Positions 52,763 through 64,000 of a DNA stretch of 64,000 bases are shown piece after piece. Location: NCBI GenBank assembly GCA_050084515.1, contig CM114271.1:38006001-38070000 (forward strand), in the 5' to 3' direction. Position 1 is the stretch's first letter, and every line of letters begins with the position of its first letter. The notes beneath the pieces were generated by a model, which was not told where the DNA came from, ran no database searches, and saw only the letters and a program-made list of their open reading frames with translations. The DNA comes from Blasia pusilla (taxonomy: Eukaryota). Made by a program: the position numbers and the translations under genes.

Positions 52763-52790
52763 CTAGTAAGGTGCCCATGCAATGCTCGGG
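52763..52790 (-). mobile_element. Helitron-like 3' terminus
   Basis: Minus strand CCCGAGCATTGCATGGG hairpin, 7 nt, then CTAG|T. Confidence 0.55.
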
Positions 52791-53201
52791 AAATAAAAAA
52801 GTGTTTGAAGAGCTAGTGTATAGCACGTGAAGGGAAGAGATTAATGATGCTTCAAATAAATTCGAACTTTTTTCTTACTGCCAACAGCATGTGAAACATT
52901 TTCTTGTTGCCCAATTGGCACGTGTCAAGTAGTGAGGTGTTTGCAAATCAAGAAGGCACTCTCCCATAATAATATAGATGAGCCACAAACGCATTTCCTG
53001 ATCAATTCTTAGTTGACGTGGGATCTCTCCGTGAACCATCCCATCAATGTTCACTTAAGGATTATAATTGGATCGAGGGCTACAATGTCCCAAACTGGTG
53101 AAATTATCTTGCTCTTGGGTTTGCTTGCAATATGAAGGTTGTGCATTATTACTAGGCGCATAGAAAGATATGTCATAAAGGTGAAACAATCTTCCTCACC
53201 A

Positions 53202-53336
53202 AGGTTGTCTACAAGTTGGACATCTATATGATCGTAACATAGCCTTCTGAAGGCAATATGGATGCCAATAACAAGCTCTATATGTGCTTGTCATGTAGCA
53301 ACTTTCTATGGCAATGGGATTCAAGCAAATCATGCA
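53202..53336 (-). pseudogene. RING-finger-like remnant, missed by the ORF track
   Basis: Manual translation gives CMICLNPIAIESCYMTSTYRACYWHPYCLQKAMLRSYRCPTCRQP. A frameshift precedes it and a stop follows. Degenerate coiled-coil-like coding lies upstream to about 53800. Confidence 0.6.
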
Positions 53337-53864
53337 TTTTGGGCCAATTGCTTGGCGTAAGGGCCTCTCGTTCAACTACAGCAATTGCCTTCATCCAATC
53401 ACGCATATCTTACTCTTGTCTGCTCGGATTGAGAGGTGTTGGTGCCAACAACAAAGAAGCATAGTTGGCAATATTTGGATCCACTACATTGTCCCATCTA
53501 GAGCGTACAGCAGCAACCACAATTGGTCGATAGGTAGAAATAAGATCATATCAACCTCTTTCACGAGACGAACTTCAAGTAGAGTTGTCTCGAGGGTGAG
53601 CTCTCCCATGTTGCCCCTTGCTCTCCATTACCCTAGTTCATCTATTTCTTGTTGTCATCTTATCATGATGGATTCATATGCCCTCCTCCATTGCTCTGTA
53701 TGGTCTACCATTAATTACAACTTTTTGAATTTTGTGGAGCTCATCTCTAGAAATTAATTTGTTCATGATTCTCCACATCTCTCTTTTTAGTCTCTCATGC
53801 TCCTTAGACAACTACTAGTGATTTCCCTTCAAAATGTTAAATTTGGCTTCCAAATCAAAAGTGC

Positions 53865-56800
53865 GTTGGGAAACCTCTGGATAGTACGTCGAGAACCGCC
53901 TCTCCAAATAGTCGCATACCTCAACGTATCTCGATGTTGCGCGATCGCCAAGTTCTCAAGCGCCATGGGCATCACTCTCTGAAACAACTCAGCCCTCTCA
54001 GAACATGCTCCCATCCATACATCAGGGTCATTAAGGTTCAACACCTCACTAGTATCTCAACGAATGGCCGAAGGTAAATCTGCTCACGGCCATAAATCAA
54101 CAAATACGATGAGAAAGACGCTAAGGATGCCTGCTTGCTGAATATGTATCCTATCGCCCACCATGGCAACTAAAGGTCCCAATCAACTAGGTGACCTCTC
54201 TACAAGCCATACCTGTGTAGTCCTCTCTTCACCATCTGCACAACCCGCTCTGCTAGTCTATCCGCCTCAAGATGATCTCGTGAAGTAGTGCGGTGGTTGA
54301 TTAGTGCCTGATCACACAAGGCCTGGAACTCTGTACCCTGGTCTGTCAACACCTCAGTTGGTGCACCGTAATGACTCAACACTTGATCTAGGAAGGCATA
54401 CGCTGTCGTGTCGAGAATCTTTCTTCGAGCAAGGGCGGGCCTTCTAGCTGCGGTAGATGCGGTCGATGCAAGGTGAACTCTCTAATAAGTTCTCCTTTTT
54501 CAATACAAAATTATGATGTACACTCTCCATTCTCTCACGACAGGTATCACAAATGGAAGTGCCGAGGCGATCACTTCTTCGTAACATCGGACCGAAATTC
54601 CTAACTATAAAATCCTATAAACTATTTTACGTTTGTACACGAGGAAGATAGCACAACTAGTGTTAAACCCTACTTGACCAGGCCTATTGACATCCATGGA
54701 TCGCTATATAAGGACATACAAAGTACAATCCCATGTCCTTCCATATGTGACGATAGGAAGAATCACCGGAGTTGGAGATTGCATGACCTGGTTCATGAAC
54801 GCCTCCCCAAAGTGATAAACTAAATAGCGAGTGAACCAGTGCCTATCTACAAAGAGTACCTTGACATGGTAAGGATTGAGGAAAGGAAAGTCGGGCACAG
54901 CTCGTGCTCCACCCCTATCCATGCTTGACACACATTCTCTACTCTCCTCAAGAATGGGTTTTGGCGGAGTTATTCTCCCAAGAGGGATAATCCACTCTCA
55001 TTGGGAAGTAACAAGCCAAAACTTCCGCTATTTTAGTATGACTAAACTCCTCTACGGTGACAAACCTCTCCCCCCACACACACACACCACACTCTAGAAA
55101 TCTCTCAAAGAATAGACCATAGTCAAGTTACTCTCCCAAGAGGGGTGATCCACTCTCATTGGAAGAGCAAGCAATCCCAAAGCCACACACTCAAGAGAGA
55201 CACGAGAGACTCAAGATGTGGAATAGAAGGTGATGAACCCTTGAAGGTCCCTCCTCTTTATATACTCACAAGGGATCCACAAGAGTACGAAATAGAGCTT
55301 ATCTTATCTTGTGCCACATGGCTTCCTCTCAAGGCTTAGCCAATCACATTTTGACACAAGTAGATTTCCTCTTATCTCTTCCAAAATATCCTCTTTTACC
55401 CACATGATATTTTCCAAATTACCCCAACTAACCTAGCCACCAACCAAGACTACTTTTGCTTTTCATTAAAGCAACTACTTTACTTTTATAAAGTCATCTT
55501 TTATTTATTACCTCCTTTTCCTAAAGTTGGGCCCGCATAAAAGAGGCGCCATAAAGAGGTTTAAACATAAGAATCTCCTTTTTCTAAGCCAATTTACTTA
55601 ATACTAATGAAACTCTATCTAACACTTAATGACGAAGGAGTTTACACACTGGTTGATTTTACTATACGACAACGCTACACCCTCACTCGCTTTGTCACGC
55701 AATGCAACCAACTCTATCCACTTCGAGAAGTGCTCGACCATCACCAACACATAACGACTATGGCGCTCCGTCAAAGGCAAAGGTCCTACAAAATCCAAAC
55801 TCCATCCGTAACCTAAACCCATGATCAGAAGTGGATGCAACTATGGAGTTGGAGCATTAAACAATGCTCGGACTCGATCACATACCATGCATCTGGCAAC
55901 AAACTGTTGAACGTCAGTGTGTATGCCTCGCCACCAATATTGAATAGGGAGCGGAGCAAGCTATATGTCCACTTCACTCCAAAATGATCCAACTCCTTAT
56001 GGGCATGACGCACCAAACATGCTCTTTGCAAAGGATGAGGCACTACACGCACTCAACCATCCTCCCACACTCGCAACAGATGTGTGCCCTCCCACCGGAA
56101 CTGTCTGGCTCACTGTAGGATCCGATCCCGCTCTCTAGCACCCACTATGCTCACGTTGCTGCCAGTACGTAGCTACTCCAAGACCGCTCCATCGTCCTGA
56201 ATGTCTCGGCCACCTGTTGTCTCCTTATCGACCTCTGGATCTAAGGACTCTCCATCAGACCTCACCATTGAAGTCTCAGAAATGTGGCTCTCCATAGCCA
56301 ACAAGCCCAAATAGGCTGAAGCATATATGCCATCTTGATACCAACTCTTCGTCACTCTCACCATGCCAACGAGCTCGAGTCGCATCTTGCTGACTCGGGC
56401 ATGGGTTACGGCTCAAACCATCTGCATCCTGGTTGAGCGTCCCAGGTCTATGCGCCACCTGGAAGTCATACTCCAACAACAAAAGAGCCCATCTTGCAAG
56501 CTTCCTTATAAGCTTGTCGGACTCCATCAACCACTTAAGTGGTTGATGATGAATAATGATGGTAAAGGGATTGCCGAGTAGATAACATCTGAAATGTGCG
56601 ACAGCCCACACTACAGCCAAGCACTCACCCTCATACGAGCTATACTTTGCCTCTGCATCATTTTTCGAGCGACTAGCATAAGCCACCACAAACTCTCTAC
56701 CATCATCGTCATGCTGGGTAAGCACGGCTCCAAGCCCCAACATGCTCCAATCGATATGCGACTGGAAAGGACGCCCCTTGATCAGTCTCCTCAATATGGG

Positions 56801-56876
56801 CGTAGATGTCAATCTGTCCTTGAGCATCTAAAATGCTCTCTCTTGCTCATCCCCCCAGTGCCACTCCTGATCCACT
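53865..56876 (-). mobile_element. Gypsy-PHD family pol (RNaseH-integrase), interrupted by a solo LTR
   Basis: VAYASRSKNDAEAKYSSYEGECLA, HAHKELDHFG, WSLDFVGPLP, DKASEGVA|YAFLDQVLSHYGAP and TDQGTEF. Collinear with 34440-36175. Confidence 0.9.
54404..55671 (-). mobile_element. Solo LTR with a 4-bp TSD (ACGC)
   Basis: TGTCGT...ACGACA ends, with ACGC at 54400-54403 and 55672-55675. Removing it restores the integrase frame. Nearly identical to 9272-10547. Confidence 0.93.
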
Positions 56877-57468
56877 TTATGGCCGAGAGCCAGATTTACC
56901 TGCGGCCATTCGTCGAGATGTTGGTGAGGTGCTGGACCTTGATGACCCAGATGTATGGATGCGAGCATGTTCTCAGAGGGCTGAGTTATTTTGGAGAGTG
57001 ATGCCCATGGCGTTCAAGAACTTGGCGATTGCGCAGCATTGGGATACGTTGAGGTATGCGACTATTCGGGGTGGTGGTTATCAACCAACTATCCGGAGGT
57101 TTCATCAGGGAGATTATGTCTACTTGCAATGAGCGGCACCGCGGCGTTGGATGTTTGCAGGCGTACTATCTTGAGTGCGTGATGTTTTGCCATCCGGTGT
57201 TCTCTTGCTGGAGGGACGCGATGGTATGGTATGGAAGGACCATGTGCGTAATTGTGCGCCATGTCACCTTCCTAACATTGATGGTACAGTAGATCCGAGC
57301 TTAGCAGTAGTTCCTGCAAGCTTGCGTTGTATGTTGTGTGATTCTGCCCGTGGTGCGGCCACGATGCTAGTTTGTGATGGATGTTCGAGAGGTTGGCATA
57401 TGGTATGTTTGACGCCACCTCTCACTAGGGTTCCTTGGGGACGATGGATGTGTCCTAGATGTACATAG
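56877..57468 (+). mobile_element. Gypsy integrase C-terminus with an intact PHD finger
   Basis: YGREPDLP..GDYVYLQ, then CMLCDSARGAATMLVCDGCSRGWHMVCLTPPLTRVPWGRWMCPRC (C4HC3 plus the conserved W, 57328-57462). Confidence 0.9.
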
Positions 57469-57645
57469 GGGAGATACTAGGTAGGTTTCGATTCCGACTT
57501 TTTCTATGACATAGATGATAGGAAGGCGACTAACGATGGGGCCACATGAGCACGCGGCCTTTCTGCTCTTAGCGTCCTAGAGATGTATGTCGTGGTAGGT
57601 AAGGATAGATAGATATCTGGAGTTAGAGGGATCTAACCACCAACT

Positions 57646-58424
57646 AGGGGGGCGATTGGAGATATTTTGGTACTTCTTGCCCCTGTGTTTGGATGCCATG
57701 AGTTAGCATGGGATCGTGCATATTTGTGTATGTGTTCGGTGACAACGATGTATGTTGTGTAGCGATGTGTATGCGTACGACAGCTGTCACGTCTTTTAGG
57801 ATAGATCGGTGAGATCTAGTAGAGCGCCTTCGTGAGTAGTGGAGGACATGCTCAATAGGTTGAGGATGACCTGCTGAGGCCCCGGGAAACCTGAGAGAGC
57901 AGGTTTCCCCTTCGTTTCGGCTCATTTGGAGCCATATTGAGGAACTCACTATTTTAGGTTAGTACCATTTTGAGTATATGATTGACTTTCTATTTTTGAT
58001 AAGTGGCCCTTGATCTCCTACATCAGGTCAAGAGCCAAGGAGGTGACTTGGGAGAATATGTTACCATGGAGAGAGCTTGGGTGAGGGGAGTGGTATACCT
58101 CAAGGAGAGAGAGCTTGAGAGCTCATTCTCTCTTTGTTGAACCTTTTGGCATGAGGCGGCGGAGCTATGGTCCCTTGCCTTGTGAGTGTAAGCCAAGCCT
58201 CTCATTAGGAGAGTGAGTTTGGTTTGACATGAGGGAGAGTGCACACCTTGAGAGCTATGGTGTGAGATGGTGTAGAGAGAGATTGGATCTTAATTTATTG
58301 GAGATATTTTGGTACTTCTCGCCTCTGTGTTTGGATGCCATGAGTTAGCATGGGATCGTGCGTGTTTGTGTGTGTGTTCGGTGACAGCGATGTATGTTGT
58401 GTAGCGATGAGTATGCGCACGACA
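57646..58424 (+). mobile_element. PPT and atypical 3' terminal region (A-GC-TGTC-B-A') of Gypsy-PHD copy 2
   Basis: AGGGGGG at 57646-57652, A at 57655-57782, TGTCAC at 57785, and A' at 58297-58424 ending CGACA. Confidence 0.85.
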
Positions 58425-58640
58425 CAAGCTTGATACAAAATACCCACTTTGAATCTATGGATTTCCTTCCAATTGGTAAACCTACAAACTCCAACATGCC
58501 ATGCTCTCTTAAGGACTCCACCTTTTCTTGAATGACCACTTTCCATTTCCTTGCAAAGGGAGTACTCAAAGCCTCTTCCAAAGTCTGAAGATCAAGTTTA
58601 GAGTACGGAGTGGCTTTTGTAGTTTCAATCACCTCCCATA
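58425..58640 (-). mobile_element. Copia RT N-terminal fragment
   Basis: LQTLEEALS..KWKVVIQEKVESL..LPIGRKSIDSKWVFCIK, typical of the RVT_2 start. Confidence 0.8.
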
Positions 58641-59354
58641 GAAAGTCTCCTCCTTCAAAGTCATCATCTTCTTTTCAAGATCCTTGGCACCTTTATGGTA
58701 CATCAATCATGCTGATGGGATCAACTCTATCCATTGACCAAGATTGCATGTGTTAGTCTCGATAAACATCTTCCTCCACATCACCTGCATGACCACTACA
58801 TACTTCCTCTTGTTCTTCAAGGACTTCTACATTAGAAATTTATAAGGATAGTATCCAAATTTTGTATTTGATTGGAAGTGCCAAACTTCGCAGCATGAAG
58901 ATTAATATTTTGAGTATTATTAATCCTTGGAGGACCTAGATCATACCCATGAGAAGTTACAATGGTTACCTCCTTTTCATGAAAATTCATCAAAGTCTGA
59001 TCTTTTTGTCTGAGAACAGCTAATTAGTGTATCATAAACACTCATCTATCTACACAACCATTGACTAAAGACAAGCATGTCAAACTAGTCTAGATTTGAA
59101 ATAGCCACAACTACAATATCTTTCGCATGCTTACACATTCATGGAAAAGGTTAGTAGTGTGCTTTTAAAATAATACATGATGGCATATGCTCTTTATTGC
59201 CAAAAAATTTCAAGCCTTTAAGAATCCCTATGTGACATGCTTTATGAATTGTTGATGTGCCAACCTTGGATTGGCCTACAATAAAGGTTTTTGCCATAAT
59301 TATGGTTTCCTCAATTTCACAAGGCATGAGACAAGCCTTCCCATGAAGCTTCCT

Positions 59355-60107
59355 CTAAGTTGATAGATCTCCAAATATTAGAAACCTATCTATCCTATCT
59401 CCATCAAATTTGAATTTGCAATCCCTTTTGCATAAGGTTGCGTCTAAAAGACGAGTGTAACATGCACCAAGAACCACATGAAACCTCATCATTGGAGTGT
59501 GTTCTCCTTTAGGACCAAAGAATGTGACATGCAACATGCATTTCACTTCATATAAGAAATGTATTGACATCTCTATCATATCTTTTTGTGGGATAGATAT
59601 ACTTTCATCTAAATTATGGACGTGGTTGCGATCCCCTTGGATATATACATCAATCGCATAATCAAGGGGAATAAACTCCATCGATGATCTTGGTGCATTT
59701 ACTAAATGCATATTGATCATCTCTCTTGCTAAAAGAACCATAGTCACACTTGCATTCACCGTGTTATTCTTTAATTTTGGACATTCAAAATTGTCCTTCC
59801 AATGCTCCATTTTTCCATTTGAGATTTACTCTTTGACTTATCGACCCTTGCTTTTAACTTTCCATTCTCATGGTCTAACCTTGCATGGGGGATAGTTTAC
59901 CATTGCAATTGATTGTATTGAAAAATCAAAAGTTAAGGGATTGCTCTTTAATTTATACTTTGCTTCCTCCTCAAAAAGAATTGATCTCACGACTTCTTCA
60001 ATAATTTCCTCCTTCATACCATTGATTGCATCTTGGGATCTATTGATTACACCAACGGATCCCAAGATTCTAGTAAAGTATTCAACATAAGCCATACCAT
60101 TCTCCAC
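59355..60107 (-). pseudogene. Highly decayed gag/protease-like remnant, possibly the same Copia element
   Basis: Weak gag-like text (IIEEVVRSILFEEEAK, HWKDNFECPK) on the same strand upstream of the Copia RT. Confidence 0.25.
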
Positions 60108-61139
60108 TTTCTAATCTCTCTCCCAACCTCAATGTACTCATCTCTAACGTTAAATATTTGATGAAGAAATATTTATCTCCATACATTCACCCTTTGTTAA
60201 AAAAATATTGTAAAGCTTGCTAAGCAAACCAAAATCTATAGCACCATAAGATGGTTTATGGATTCGGATAAAATTTTCCACATCTCTTTCGTTATCTTGC
60301 ACTTTCTAATATTACTCTATTATGAGGGTTTTATTTGCAAAATAATTGGTGCTCTCACTTCTATATCTTCTTCCTCCCATTTCTCTCGTGCACAAACATC
60401 ATCCTCGTTTTTTCTCTCTATTTTTACCTTGAAATCTTTGAAGATTTTCTTATCATTCCATAAATACATCATGGAAAAGAATGTTGGATTCTCTGAATAT
60501 CATTAATCTGATCGGCCCTTTGTATGAGGAGAAGTTTAGAATAATAGTTCTGACTTAGACGTCGAAAGAATCATAATAAGATGTACATGATTTGAAAAAT
60601 AACATTACTAAGATTAATTAATCCTATATTGCATCCGAAGAAAATTCCAAAAATCACATTCATAAATTTTCGAATATCAAAAATTAGAAATAAAAAAGTA
60701 ATATTATCGTACAAAAGCAAATGTTTTATAAGAGGTCCAAAGTAGCCGCGGCAGTCTTTCCACACTACTCTGACATCTTACGAGAGCCTCCACGCAAGAA
60801 CAATTTTTTGTCCGCCACGTGCGTCCAGCTGTGGGGAGTCGGGGACAGGCGTTGCCATCCGCGTGGTACGTAGGTAGGCAAGGCGCGGTCTTGTCTGCTC
60901 GTAGCTATTCACACCGTCGACGTGCCCATCGGATGGCGTAACATGGGGTGTTGCCTAGTTGCCTACTTGACGGATGGCCACTGTCGGGCCCACCATCGTG
61001 TCAACAATCCCAGACAAACGCATGCGGCAGGTGATTTGGGTGACGGGTGGCGAGCGTGACAGACTTGCCAGCGCATTTCTCCGTACGAGTCACACCACGG
61101 TAATACAGTTGGACTCCCGTCTACCGTCTTCTAGGACCC

Positions 61140-62383
61140 GGCTCCTTAGAGTGCCCCATGGGGGAGTTAGCTCGTAGACAGGCCTCTTGGCCGATTTCTT
61201 TTGGTGGAGTAGGTCTTCTCTCGACCGAGTTAGTGGCGCCCTCCGCTTTTTTAGGGAGTTGGGCCATAGTGGCACCCCTCCTTTGCTCCCGATTTTTGGT
61301 TAGAGATAGACCGCTCCTTCTACACTACGTCTCCCAGGTCGAGGATGGCTCTTTCCCACTTCAGTCTTCACTCACGACTTGTAGAGATTCCTTGAGTTGA
61401 GGCAGGCGGTTCTCCCCACTTTCTCCTCCTTAGTTACCTCCGGTCGCCTGGCTCCAATCTTCCTTGATGGAAGCCCACTTTGAGGCAGTTTTTAGAGGCA
61501 CTATGTCGGCGGGAATATCCCCATGGAGGTTAGGGCCCGTATTCGCTCTTGCTCGGAAAGGGGCGGGCTCATGGGTAGGGCGCGCCCCTTCCAGCTTTCC
61601 GTATCGCACCACTTACCTATACCACGGCGATGCGGTTCGCTTGGGCCTCCCCAACCATCAGTGGTTGGCGAGTGTCGCCGAACTGGATCCACTTGGTGTG
61701 CATTTGGCACGCTGTCGATTGGGGTGAGAGGATAGCCACTCACGATGCAAAGCGGGATATCATGTTGGTATTGCTCGGGAGAGTGGCTTCCATGTGCTGA
61801 GAGAGAGGCACTACTCTGCGGGATTCCCTCATTCGTGCCGATCTCTACATGACACGTGAGGTGAGGTGGTTGTGGCGGACGTGGTAGTCCGCGAGATCCC
61901 ACGCAGGGAGGCGGTCGGTGAGCCCAAGTGGTGGCCCAAGGGCGAATGCTACAAGGAGGCGGCGGCGGGCGGCGAAGAAGACACATATCTCTGATCGACT
62001 ACACGAGGACACATCTTCATCCCCCGGCTGGCCATAGAGATGTATGGGGCTATGGGGGAGAGGTTCGACGGGATGCGCCCATCATCTCCACTCGAGAAAT
62101 GGGTTGTCCTTAGCTGACAGGCGTGGTCTCCATAGCGTTGCGGCGTGCCAGGCTAATGGGATTTTCTGTGGAGACGCCGGCGCTAGAGGCCCACTTAGTA
62201 GTAGTCATAGCTCTCTTGTTGTTTGATATTGTCTCTGCTTTGTTGGTGAGTTTAAATCGTTAGGGGGAATGCCCCTTCTTCCTTTCTGGTCGTGTTGTGG
62301 CCTTCAGGTTTTGACTCTTTGAGTCCCCCTCTTTTGTACTTCCGATGGGTTTTCCATCACTCGTTTTTATCGAAGTGCATCTT
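61140..62383 (+). mobile_element. CRE-like LINE, GC-richer second subfamily, 3' part
   Basis: RQASWPISFGGVGL..APSAFLGSW, RLGLP..LDPLGVHLARC..IATHD, RADL and VADVVV.DPT. Its 3' end is shared with 6135-6199. Confidence 0.8.
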
Positions 62384-63079
62384 CCTCCTGAGTCTGCAGT
62401 ATGGGTTCTTCCGGTCAATTATGCTGATTAATTTAATCCATATCATCATAATCCAGCTTATTCCTATGAACGCCATTTTGATGTTAAGCTGTTCTCCGGT
62501 CAATTATGTTAATATTATCCATATCATTATGGTATTATAATTTCTCCATTATTATTTTCCAGTTAATTATGGTCTCCTAATTTCTAACATTATTCTCAAC
62601 ATCATAAAAATGATAGGAAAAATTAATGTAAGAAAATACCGTTCGGTTAATTTTTGAGCGGTATTTTAAATCAATTTTGAAAAATATTATTTTTCCGGAA
62701 GGCGAGTGATTCTATTGGTTGAAATTGTCAAAAGGAGAATAGTTTACAAAATGAATGGGCATTCTCCAATACTAATATAGATGGTAACATAGTTGGTATT
62801 TTGAAGTGGCCTTTGAAGTTGGAAATTTTCGTGGGTGTGAAATTATAGGGAAGAAAGAGGTTCTATTTAAATCTTGGGATAAAGGAAAGTGGTCATAAAA
62901 GGAAGATTTATTTGATACTCTCCCATAAAGTGGAGGAGTGGGGATATTTGTAGCGAAGAATGGGGTATTCATTAAATGGATTACTACTTCTTCTTCAAGA
63001 AGGAAAATATTTGTTTGTTACAAAGACCAAGAAAATATTTGGGACCCAAGAGTGTAAGAATGGGGTGTTCATTAAGGGT

Positions 63080-63715
63080 CTAGCATGTCATAATAGGATT
63101 TGCAATAAGCCACGCACTCGCTCCTGTATCCGCACGTAAACGTAGGCGAGCTCGATAAACATCATGGAATACTGGAAAAGTTAATTTGGTGCAAATTCTC
63201 GGAGATATGCTCTTGAAGTCGATCAAGTCCTTCCATAACCAATTGACTAAAAGGTGGTAGAATTGCTTGTATAGCGAGAGGAAGAAGAGCTTGGGCAAAT
63301 CCCAATTGTTGTTGAAATAATAGGTCCCCCCTCCTCTACATGGGCGACACGATCCATCAAAATAGGAGTATCTCCTTGGAGAAATCTAAAACCTTGAAGC
63401 CATAATCGCTGCTACCAACACCCAATTCCCCCAAAAAAGTTGTTGGATCACATGCGATTGTAGAATAAAACCCCACCCCTACAAAAAAAAATAGGCAAGA
63501 TAGTTTGTCATGAAGCCAAGACACCATCGTCTCCCTCAAATGCATTCGGGCCAAGAAGTTGACAAAAAGTTTCCAAGATAGAAGTGTCAAAAGAGGCCAA
63601 CCAATATAAGCACGTTGAAATGGGAGGACAAGTGCGAAGAAGATAGGAGGGACATCGTAGAAAATATTTGGAGAGAATCCCATAAGCTACTTGGAGTACC
63701 CCTCCACGAGATAAC
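63080..63715 (-). mobile_element. CRE-like LINE internal fragment
   Basis: QVAYGILSKYFLRCPSYLLRTCPP...LLGPNAFEGDDGVLAS and GASAWLIANP. Collinear with 8150-8760. Confidence 0.85.
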
Positions 63716-64000
63716 ATATGAAACCATTCTAATAATATCTATTTGATTTTTCTTTCTAAAACTTGTAATTTTACCAAACTTGGAAAAATCATCTCACTTT
63801 AAGAGGGAAAAAATTCCCACAAAAGTAGTCGGTGAAGTTTTTAAATGTGCATAGGGCATGCTATTATGCATGTACTAGGACAAGAAGGAGACGTAGTTGT
63901 TGGTTGGTGAATCATACATGGATAATTCTCATACCCTCCACTAAGCAAAAAGTATTCCATCCATGAAAGAGATAGAGAAACTATGATGAATCTACCAGCC

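Overview
This is eukaryotic, transposon-rich plant DNA. A non-seed plant (bryophyte-like) is inferred from the TE families and is not proven. Two host genes look intact: a UNE2/Spinster-like MFS transporter (+, probable CDS 18502-20037) and a 3-exon TauD/clavaminate-synthase-like 2OG-Fe(II) dioxygenase (-, 51031-49093). The dioxygenase has an intron-retaining inverted pseudogene copy at 41367-42791. Most of the rest is nested, decayed TEs: four CRE-like non-LTR copies, two hAT transposases, a CACTA element, Copia remnants, a second Gypsy-type LTR family (a 5' LTR+PBS+gag fragment and a solo LTR), Helitron-like ends (one next to a RING-finger remnant), and a Ty3/Gypsy family whose integrase ends in a PHD finger. 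The best candidate for an unusual system is this Gypsy-PHD family. (i) A degenerate C5 cytosine methyltransferase lies on the same strand upstream of one pol copy, with a CACTA remnant in between. (ii) Both 3' ends have an atypical PPT-A-GACA.NN.TGTC-B-A layout, and the 128-bp A repeats are homogenised within each copy. (iii) A 215-bp near-perfect foldback is built from the same terminal sequence. All calls were read by eye with no database searches, and TE boundaries are approximate.
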